From Prevotella sp. (GTDB taxonomy: Bacteria; Bacteroidota; Bacteroidia; Bacteroidales; Dysgonomonadaceae), in contig JAITVV010000040.1 of NCBI GenBank assembly GCA_031285625.1, forward strand, positions 1 to 15,303: DNA of 15,303 bases, given 5' to 3'. Position 1 is the first letter of the stretch. Every line of letters begins with the position of its first letter. This document shows positions 7,950 through 15,303 of this stretch, piece by piece. The notes beneath the pieces were generated by a model. The model saw only the letters and a list, made by a program, of their open reading frames with translations, ran no database searches and was not told the origin of the DNA. Made by a program: the position numbers and the translations under genes.

Positions 7950-8016
7950 ATTCTGGCTTTTTCAAACAAAAGCAATCAAAAAACAGATTATTTTTGTAAA
8001 ATAGAAATATTAAACG

Positions 8017-10176
8017 ATGAAAAGAATACAAGCTTTTATTGTCTTGCTTTATATGTGTAGCCTGGCTTTTGCCGGCCCTGTCGATAGCTTGCTGGAACGG
8101 ATAGGCGGGAAAACCTCTAAAAATATTTTAACGGAGATTGTACCGCAAAATGGAAAAGACTATTTTGAAGTCAGTAACCAAAATGGTAAACTGCGTATAA
8201 AAGGAAATAACCCCATAAGCATCGCAACCGGATTCAACTGGTACCTCAAATATACGGCAGGCGTCCATATCGCATGGAATAACCTGAACCAAAGCCTCCC
8301 GTCCAATCTGCCTTTACCCGAAAAAACGATAAGGCAGGAAACGGATCTGCATCTGCGCTATTACCTCAACTATTGCACATTCTCCTATTCCATGGCGTTC
8401 TGGGACTGGGAACGTTGGGAAAAAGAAATAGACTGGATGGCCATGCACGGAATCAACCTGTCGCTAAGCATTACCGGAAATGAGGTGGTATGGTATAACC
8501 TGCTGAAAAGGCTGGGATACACTACTGACGAAATAAACGGATTTGTCTCAGGCCCTGCGTTTATGGCGTGGTGGCAGATGAACAACCTGGAGGGCTGGGG
8601 CGGCCCCAACCCCGATGAATGGTACAAAAATCAGGAAATACTGCAAAAGAAGATTGTAACCCGCATGCGGGCACTGGGAATAGAGCCGGTACTTCCCGGA
8701 TTTGCGGGGATGGTTCCACGCAATATCGGGGAAAAGCTCGGTTATAGCATATCCGACCCGGGTACATGGTGCTCTTTTGACCGTCCCGCTTTCCTGAATC
8801 CGAACGACCCGAACTTCGACAAGTTTGCGGATATGTACTACGAGGAAATGGAAAAATTGTATGGGAAAGCGAAATACTATGCCATAGACCCATTCCACGA
8901 AGGAGGAAGTACAAAAGGAATAAATCTGGATGCGGCCGGAAAAACAATCATGGCGGCCATGAAACGCGCCAATCATGAAGCCGTATGGGTAGCGCAGGCA
9001 TGGCAAGCTAATCCCCGCCCCACGATGATAGAAAACCTGAATGCGCATGACCTGCTGGTATTAGACCTGTACAGCGAGAAAAAACCACAGTGGGGAGATT
9101 CTGATTCCGAATGGTATCGTCCGCAGGGATACGGCAAGCATAACTGGTTGTACTGCATGCTACTTAATTTCGGGGGACGTGTAGGACTTCACGGAAGAAT
9201 GGACAGTGTGATCGACGGCTTTTACAAGGCAGGACAGCATCCCAACGGAAAAACGCTGTCGGGAGTAGGAACAACACCCGAAGGCATTGAGAATAATCCC
9301 GTGATGTTCGAATTATTATATGAGTTGCCTTGGCGAAAAGAGAAATTTACAAAGGAAGAATGGCTGAAAACATATATCAAAGCCCGGTATAGGATGTTTG
9401 ATGAGACTGTATATGAAAGTTGGCTGCTGCTGGCTCAATATCCGTATAACTGTCCCGCCGGCTATCCGGGAGAAGGCACTGTCGAATCCCTGTTTTGCGC
9501 ACGTCCGGGTATCAATCTCAAAAGAGTTTCCACGTGGGGGTCGTCTATATTGTACTATAACAGCGATTATACCCGTCAGGCAGCCGAAAAATTACTTTCT
9601 GTTGCCCATAAGTTGAGAGACAACGCCAATTTCCAATACGATCTGGTAGACATACTGCGCCAGAGCATAGCTGATAAGGGCAATGATTTGTCGGGAGAGA
9701 TAGGGAAAGCTTACAAAGACAAGGACATCGAAAAGTTTAAAACCTTATCCGACAGTTTTCTTTTAGCTATACAGTGTCAGGATAGATTACTGGCGACCCA
9801 AAAGGACTTTACGGTCGGTAATTGGCTGGAACAGGCAAAGTCGCTCTCGCAGATAGATAAAAATAAGGACTTGTACGAATGGAATGCCCGTACTTTGATA
9901 ACCGTTTGGGGAAATAAGGCGGCGTCCGAACAAGGTGGGCTACATGATTATTCCAGCCGCGAATGGAACGGTATTTTATCCGGCTTGTATTATAAACGCT
10001 GGAAGCTGTTCTTCGACAATACAGTAAAGGAAATGCAGGGTGAAACGGTTTCCCCGGTAGATTTCTTTGCTATGGAAGAGGCTTGGACACATGAGAAGAA
10101 AACATATGCTAATAAACCGGAAGGGGATGTCGTGCAAACAGCAACCGAAGTTTATAAACAGGTATTCGGTGATTAA
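8017..10176 (+). CDS. Alpha-N-acetylglucosaminidase, glycoside hydrolase family 89 (NAGLU-like)
   Basis: 719 aa with a signal peptide ending AFA. GH89 signatures are RYYLNYCTFSYSMAFWDWERWEKEIDWMAMHGIN, MNNLEGWGGP, DPFHE and PEGIENNP (the expected catalytic Glu contexts), and NARTLITVWG...LHDYS. Confidence 0.96.
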   Translation: MKRIQAFIVLLYMCSLAFAGPVDSLLERIGGKTSKNILTEIVPQNGKDYFEVSNQNGKLRIKGNNPISIATGFNWYLKYTAGVHIAWNNLNQSLPSNLPLPEKTIRQETDLHLRYYLNYCTFSYSMAFWDWERWEKEIDWMAMHGINLSLSITGNEVVWYNLLKRLGYTTDEINGFVSGPAFMAWWQMNNLEGWGGPNPDEWYKNQEILQKKIVTRMRALGIEPVLPGFAGMVPRNIGEKLGYSISDPGTWCSFDRPAFLNPNDPNFDKFADMYYEEMEKLYGKAKYYAIDPFHEGGSTKGINLDAAGKTIMAAMKRANHEAVWVAQAWQANPRPTMIENLNAHDLLVLDLYSEKKPQWGDSDSEWYRPQGYGKHNWLYCMLLNFGGRVGLHGRMDSVIDGFYKAGQHPNGKTLSGVGTTPEGIENNPVMFELLYELPWRKEKFTKEEWLKTYIKARYRMFDETVYESWLLLAQYPYNCPAGYPGEGTVESLFCARPGINLKRVSTWGSSILYYNSDYTRQAAEKLLSVAHKLRDNANFQYDLVDILRQSIADKGNDLSGEIGKAYKDKDIEKFKTLSDSFLLAIQCQDRLLATQKDFTVGNWLEQAKSLSQIDKNKDLYEWNARTLITVWGNKAASEQGGLHDYSSREWNGILSGLYYKRWKLFFDNTVKEMQGETVSPVDFFAMEEAWTHEKKTYANKPEGDVVQTATEVYKQVFGD

Positions 10177-10219
10177 GAAAAGAAAATATAACCTTTGTAA
10201 TTTACATCAAAATACGATC

Positions 10220-12109
10220 ATGACCAAGAAAAACTATTTATTATTATTGCTATTATTTTTATTAGCTCCATTGGCCATACAAGCCCAACAACATACCTTC
10301 GAGATAAAAGGCGGGGATTTTGTTTACGACGGAAAGCCTGTCCGCATTATATCGGGGGAGATGCATTATCCCCGTATTCCTCACCAGTACTGGCGTCACC
10401 GCATGCAAATGCTGAAAGCGATGGGACTGAACGCGGTAGCCACATACGTATTCTGGAATGCCCATGAACCCGAACCGGGAAAATGGGACTTTACAGGAGA
10501 TAAGAACCTGGCAGAATATATCCGGATTGCCGGCGAAGAAGGCCTGATGGTTATCCTGCGCCCCGGGCCTTATGTATGTGCCGAATGGGAGTTCGGAGGC
10601 TATCCATGGTGGCTCCAGAATATCGAAGGCATGGAACTGCGGCGTGATAATGAACAATTTCTAAAATATACCCAACTGTATATAAACAGATTGTATCAGG
10701 AGATAGGCAACTTACAAATAACCAAAGGAGGCCCTATTATTATGGTACAGGCCGAGAATGAATTCGGCTCTTATGTCTCCCAGCGGAAAGATATTCCCCT
10801 CGAAGAACACCGCCGTTATAACGCGAAGATTGTACAGCAACTGAAAACAGCAGGCTTTGATATCCCTTCTTTTACATCCGACGGCAGCTGGCTGTTTGAA
10901 GGCGGGGCTGTACCGAGCGCTCTTCCTACTGCAAACGGTGAAAGTAATATTGACAACCTGAAAAAAGTAGTCAACGAATATAATGGCGGACAGGGTCCCT
11001 ACATGGTTGCCGAGTTTTATCCTGGCTGGCTTGCACACTGGGTGGAACCTCATCCCCAAGTAAGTGCGACAAGTGTTGCCCGCCAGACAGAAAAATACCT
11101 TCAGAATGATGTATCTATCAACTATTATATGGTTCATGGCGGTACTAACTTCGGATTTACCAGCGGCGCCAATTATGACAAAAAGCATGATATACAACCC
11201 GACCTGACCAGTTATGATTATGATGCGCCGGTCAGCGAGGCCGGATGGGTTACCCCTAAATTCGATTCGTTGCGGAACGTTATCCGAAAATATGTGAAAT
11301 ACGAACTGCCTGCCGCTCCTGCCGCTATTCCGTTGATAGAGATCCCGTCCATCAAGCTGGCTAAAGTAGCCGACATGCTTGAAGTATTCGGAACGCAGCA
11401 ACCGGTACAAAGCGACAAGCCGATGACATTCGAGCAAATGAATCAGGGACATGGATATGTTCTGTATTCCCGCCATTTCAACCAGCCGATAAGCGGCAAG
11501 TTGGAAATAGAAGGGCTTCGCGACTATGCATTGGTGTATGTGAATGGAGAGAAGGTTGGTGAACTGAACCGCTATTTCAATAAATACTCGATGGATATAG
11601 ATATTCCTTTCAACTCCAATCTGGAAATACTGGTTGAAAACATGGGCCGTATCAATTACGGGGCAGATATTGTACACAATACAAAAGGCATCATCAGTCC
11701 GGTCAGAATAGAAGGAAATATCATGGAAGGCGAATGGGAAATGTACCAGGCGCCTATGGACAAAGCCCCCGTTCCGGAAAAAATGGATAAATCGCATGTG
11801 TATGAAACAAGCGCCGCCGAAAAGCTGAAAGGCCGGCCGGTTGTTTACACAGGCACATTCAACCTGAATGAAACGGGCGACACCTTTATCGATATGGAAG
11901 ACTGGGGTAAAGGCATTATCTTTATCAATGGGAAGAATATCGGCCGCTACTGGCATGTAGGCCCACAACAGACGCTTTATATCCCGGATGTGTGGCTTAA
12001 GAAGGGAGAGAATGAAATCGTTATCTTCGAGCAGCTGAATGATAAACCCCATACGGAAGTGAGGACTACTAAAATTCCTGTATTGACGAAGCTTAAGATA
12101 GGACAATAA
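10220..12109 (+). CDS. Beta-galactosidase, glycoside hydrolase family 35
   Basis: 629 aa from ATG 10220, with signal peptide MTKKNYLLLLLLFLLAPLAIQA. Motifs are ISGEMHYPR, RPGPYVCAEWEFGGYP, QAENEFGS, EFYPGW, YYMVHGGTNFG, TSYDYDAP and GRYW...GPQQTLY. The ORF-track start at 10067 overlaps GH89 and is unlikely. Confidence 0.96.
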   Translation: MTKKNYLLLLLLFLLAPLAIQAQQHTFEIKGGDFVYDGKPVRIISGEMHYPRIPHQYWRHRMQMLKAMGLNAVATYVFWNAHEPEPGKWDFTGDKNLAEYIRIAGEEGLMVILRPGPYVCAEWEFGGYPWWLQNIEGMELRRDNEQFLKYTQLYINRLYQEIGNLQITKGGPIIMVQAENEFGSYVSQRKDIPLEEHRRYNAKIVQQLKTAGFDIPSFTSDGSWLFEGGAVPSALPTANGESNIDNLKKVVNEYNGGQGPYMVAEFYPGWLAHWVEPHPQVSATSVARQTEKYLQNDVSINYYMVHGGTNFGFTSGANYDKKHDIQPDLTSYDYDAPVSEAGWVTPKFDSLRNVIRKYVKYELPAAPAAIPLIEIPSIKLAKVADMLEVFGTQQPVQSDKPMTFEQMNQGHGYVLYSRHFNQPISGKLEIEGLRDYALVYVNGEKVGELNRYFNKYSMDIDIPFNSNLEILVENMGRINYGADIVHNTKGIISPVRIEGNIMEGEWEMYQAPMDKAPVPEKMDKSHVYETSAAEKLKGRPVVYTGTFNLNETGDTFIDMEDWGKGIIFINGKNIGRYWHVGPQQTLYIPDVWLKKGENEIVIFEQLNDKPHTEVRTTKIPVLTKLKIGQ

Positions 12110-12130
12110 ACAATCTATAACCAATAAACC

Positions 12131-13518
12131 ATGAAAAAAATCGTAATATTTTTACTGGGATTACTTCTTTTTAGTTGCGGACAGCAAAAAGTAAGAGAAC
12201 AATCATTTGTTATAAAAACAGATATCCCTGCGCGTCCTGCCGGGCAAAGCGATGTTTTAGAATTAAAAACCGATCCGCTGCCGACTGTCCGCGTAGCCTT
12301 CATCGGTTTGGGTATGCGTGGGCCCGGCGCTGTGCAACGGATGACACATATACCGGGTGTCGAAATAGTCGCCCTGTGCGATGTGGAACAAAAAAACACG
12401 GAAAAAGTAAATAAGATGCTTGTAGAGGAGAGGGGATTCCCCAAAGCTCAGGAATTCTACGGCGATACTTCCGTATGGCGCAAGGTCACGGCTTTGCCCG
12501 ATGTGGATCTCGTTTATGTAGCTACGGACTGGAAAAGTCATGCTATGATAGGTGTACAGGCCATGAAGGATGGAAAGCATGTCGCGATAGAGGTTCCTTC
12601 GGCAATGACTATGGATGAAATATGGGCATTAGTAAATACTTCGGAACAAACCCGCAAGCATTGCATGCAGCTTGAAAACTGCGTATACGACTTCTTCGAG
12701 CTGACGACCCTCAACATGGTACAGCAGGGCTGCTGGGAGAAGTGGTTCACGATGAAGGCGCTTATATACATGGCCTGCAACCTTTCTGGGATGAGTATTG
12801 GAACGATTGGCGCATGGATTTTAATAAAAAGCACCGCGGCGATGTATATCCGACTCACGGATTAGGGCCTGTATGCCAGGCAATGAACATACACCGCGGC
12901 GATAAGTTGAATTATCTGGTGTCTGTAGATGCCAGGCAAATATCGAGCATCAACTATCTGAAAGAGAAAACCGGTGAAGAGGTAAAAGATTTCCGCAACG
13001 GGGAGCATACATCCACCCTTATCTCTACCGAAAAAGGTAAATCCATCCTTATCGAACACAACGTAAATTCACCGCGCCCTTATAGCCGTATGTACCAGCT
13101 TACAGGCACAAAAGGCTTTGCCAATAAATATCCGACACAAGGTTATGCATTAGGTAGTGAAGACCTGGATCCTGCACTCACTAAAAATCATGAGAATCTG
13201 ACTACTCATGAATTTGTTCCCGATGATGTACGTAAAGCGCTGATGGAAAAATACAAACATCCTATAGCAAAGGATATTGAAGAACAGGCTAAGAAAGTAG
13301 GCGGTCACGGAGGTATGGACTTTATCATGGATTACCGTTTGATTTATTGCCTGCAAAAAGGTTTGCCTCTGGACATGGATGTGTATGACCTCGCCGAATG
13401 GTGTTGCCTGATACCGCTGACAGAAATTTCATTGGATAATAACTCGGCGCCTGTTGAAATTCCGGACTTTACCCGTGGCGGCTGGAATAAACTCCATGGC
13501 TTGAAATTTGCGCAATAG
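12131..13518 (+). pseudogene. GH109 NAD+-dependent alpha-N-acetylgalactosaminidase-like lipoprotein (Gfo/Idh/MocA fold), split by a 1-bp frameshift (pseudogene or sequencing error)
   Basis: The 5' ORF (12131-12865) has lipobox LFS-C16, Rossmann motif VRVAFIGLGMRG, AIEVP and MQLENCVY. The 3' frame has EGAYIH, YPTHG, the GGHGG catalytic-His motif and DVYDLAEW. Adding one base at 12728-12730 gives ...NMVQQG-LLGEVVHDEGAYIH... and a 462-aa protein. Confidence 0.9.
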
Positions 13519-13541
13519 AATTTGAAATCAACCGATAAACC

Positions 13542-15149
13542 ATGAAAAGAATCACATTGCTATTTATTATTTCAATATTTATCACAAGCCTTTCCGGACA
13601 GGAAACTTATGAAACAGCCATTCCACTTGAACAGGGAGAATACTGGTGGGGCGGGGCTGTCGCGCTGGGTTCGCAGATGCCTTACCTGAAGCCGCTAAAA
13701 GAGTTCAACCTGGCTCTTGACAACAACAATAACCAGGTGGTTCCCCTGTTCCTGTCCGGTAAGGGCCGTTATATATGGAGCGACAAGCCTTTCCGTTTTG
13801 AAATAGCAGATCACACCCTGAAACTGAAATCGGAATATGAACAAATAACAGTCCGGCAGGGAGGGACGACATTAAGGGATGCATATCTCACGGCATGCCG
13901 CGACTATTTCCCACCGGCAGGCCTGCTTCCCGACCCGTTATTCTTTACCATGCCCCAGTATAACACATGGATAGAGCTGATGTACAACCAGAATGAAAAG
14001 GACATACTCGCTTATGCCCAATCTGTAATTGATAACGACCTTCCTAAAGGGGTGCTGATGATAGACGACAACTGGCAGAAGTATTATGGGAACTTCGAGT
14101 TTAAACCCGATAAGTTCCCCAACCCGAAAGAGATGGTAAAAGAACTTCATGATAAAGGCTTTAAGGTGATGCTCTGGATATGCCCGTTTGTCAGCGCCGA
14201 CAGTCCCGAATACAGGGAGTTGGCATCTGAAGGATACCTGGTAAAGAAAAAAGGTTCGCAGTCGCCTGCCGTTATTCCCTGGTGGAATGGTCAAAGCGCA
14301 TGCTATGACCTGACTAATCCCGAAGCCTTCGATTACTTTGTAAATGTATTGAAAAAGACGCAGGCAGAATATGGTGTCGATGGCTTTAAACTCGACGCGG
14401 GAGACAATTCATTCTATGACCCGCGTTATATCGATAGCTATAAAAAAGACGCCATATCGACAGACCATACGCTTGCCTGGGCCAGGGTCGGGCTGGAATT
14501 TCCGTTCAACGAGTACCGCGCGGGCTGGAAGATGGGAGGACAACCGCTGGTACAGCGGCTTGGCGATAAACATTATTCTTACCCCGCATTGCAGTCACTG
14601 ATACCTGAAATGATTGCTGCCGGGCTGCTTGGTTATGCCTATACCTGTCCCGACATGATCGGCGGGGGGCAAATAGCCTCTTTCGTAAACCTGGATGTAA
14701 AAGATTTCGACCAGAAGCTGATTGTGCGCTCGGCGCAGGTGCATGCCCTGATGCCGATGATGCAGTTTTCGGTGGCTCCCTGGCGCATACTGGACAAAGA
14801 ACATTTGATTATTGTACAGGATATGGCTAAACTGCATGAAAGATTCGGTGATTATATTATAAATTGCGTCAAAGAATCAGCCAAAACAGGGGAGCCTATC
14901 GTAAGGCATATGGAATACTCTTTTCCTAACGAAGGTTTTGCTGAATGTAAAGACCAGTTTATGCTGGGAGAAAGATATATGGTCGCCCCTGTGGTAACGG
15001 TCAATGACACACGCACTATCAAGCTGCCTAAAGGAAAATGGCGTGACGATACAGGCAAAACTTATAGGGGTGGTCAGGTACTTACAATGGAAATCCCGCT
15101 AAACAGGCTGGTTTATTTTGAAAAACTGGTTCCCGGAAATAAAAAATGA
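13542..15149 (+). CDS. Glycoside hydrolase family 31, short MYORG/NET37-like type (possible alpha-galactosidase)
   Basis: 535 aa with a signal peptide. Motifs are PQYNTW, IDDNWQ, KFPNPKEMVKELHDKGFKVMLW, GFKLDAGD (nucleophile context, not the WIDMNE of alpha-glucosidases), QRLGDK, PDMIGGG and DQFMLG...VAPV. Confidence 0.88.
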   Translation: MKRITLLFIISIFITSLSGQETYETAIPLEQGEYWWGGAVALGSQMPYLKPLKEFNLALDNNNNQVVPLFLSGKGRYIWSDKPFRFEIADHTLKLKSEYEQITVRQGGTTLRDAYLTACRDYFPPAGLLPDPLFFTMPQYNTWIELMYNQNEKDILAYAQSVIDNDLPKGVLMIDDNWQKYYGNFEFKPDKFPNPKEMVKELHDKGFKVMLWICPFVSADSPEYRELASEGYLVKKKGSQSPAVIPWWNGQSACYDLTNPEAFDYFVNVLKKTQAEYGVDGFKLDAGDNSFYDPRYIDSYKKDAISTDHTLAWARVGLEFPFNEYRAGWKMGGQPLVQRLGDKHYSYPALQSLIPEMIAAGLLGYAYTCPDMIGGGQIASFVNLDVKDFDQKLIVRSAQVHALMPMMQFSVAPWRILDKEHLIIVQDMAKLHERFGDYIINCVKESAKTGEPIVRHMEYSFPNEGFAECKDQFMLGERYMVAPVVTVNDTRTIKLPKGKWRDDTGKTYRGGQVLTMEIPLNRLVYFEKLVPGNKK

Positions 15150-15190
15150 TATCATAAGAGATTCCTATTAATCAACAAACATTCATAACC

Positions 15191-15303
15191 ATGAAAAAAC
15201 TGGTACCCATATTACTTTCAGGGATGCTGTGCTTACTGTATTCCTGCGCGGGCACTACCCCGCCAACCGAAAAACCGTATAACAGGGGGATTAACATAAC
15301 CCC
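15191..15303 (+). CDS. 5' end of a lipoprotein, probably a GH20 beta-N-acetylhexosaminidase (truncated by the window)
   Basis: Manual translation: MKKLVPILLSGMLCLLYSCAGTTPPTEKPYNRGINITP. It has lipobox LYS-C19. PYNRGINITP resembles the 'inIiP.P' start of Bacteroidota GH20 N-terminal domains. Only 38 codons are visible. Confidence 0.55.
   Translation, partial: MKKLVPILLSGMLCLLYSCAGTTPPTEKPYNRGINIT

Noticed and set aside
10189-10197. Internal housekeeping promoter before GH35 (TAACCTTTG)
   Set aside because: The spacing does not fit TAnnTTTG, and the 43-nt intergenic gap suggests co-transcription.
10067-10219. N-terminal extension of GH35 in the ORF track
   Set aside because: It overlaps the GH89 3' end. 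A proper signal peptide and A-rich leader begin at ATG 10220.
10712-12124. 470-aa antisense ORF
   Set aside because: It lies almost wholly opposite the GH35 gene and has no recognisable motifs, consistent with a codon-bias shadow ORF.
12742-13518. Independent 258-aa gene
   Set aside because: It is the C-terminal half of GH109; the coding frame is already GH109-like at 12730, upstream of the GTG.
363-15058. Many 60-170 aa alternative-frame and antisense ORFs in the track
   Set aside because: All overlap well-supported + strand genes and show no recognisable protein features.

Overview
Bacteroidota (Dysgonomonas/Bacteroides-like) window with two parts, and every supported gene lies on the + strand. 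(1) Bases 1-~1070 are mobile-element debris. What looks like an IS21-family terminus (two 20-bp direct repeats, ending ...TATACA at 119) sits directly against the orphaned 3' end of a probable relaxase gene (120-323, not in the ORF track). An intact mobilization-cassette membrane/coiled-coil gene (373-972) and a 14-bp hairpin follow. (2) From 1136 to the window end is an ECF-sigma/FecR-regulated polysaccharide utilization locus (PUL): ECF sigma, anti-sigma, SusC with an N-terminal signalling domain, SusD, GH89, GH35, GH109 (split by a 1-bp frameshift at ~12728-12730), a MYORG/NET37-like GH31, and the first 38 codons of a lipoprotein that is probably GH20. The most notable points are: a shared AATAG-N18-CTGTA motif upstream of both fecR and susC (candidate cognate ECF promoter, next to a G8 tract); an all-exoglycosidase set that would fit sequential trimming of Forssman/globo-type or alpha-GlcNAc-capped glycans; and the PUL's position directly behind an IS-inactivated mobilization module. 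All family calls come from recognising motifs by eye; no searches were run.
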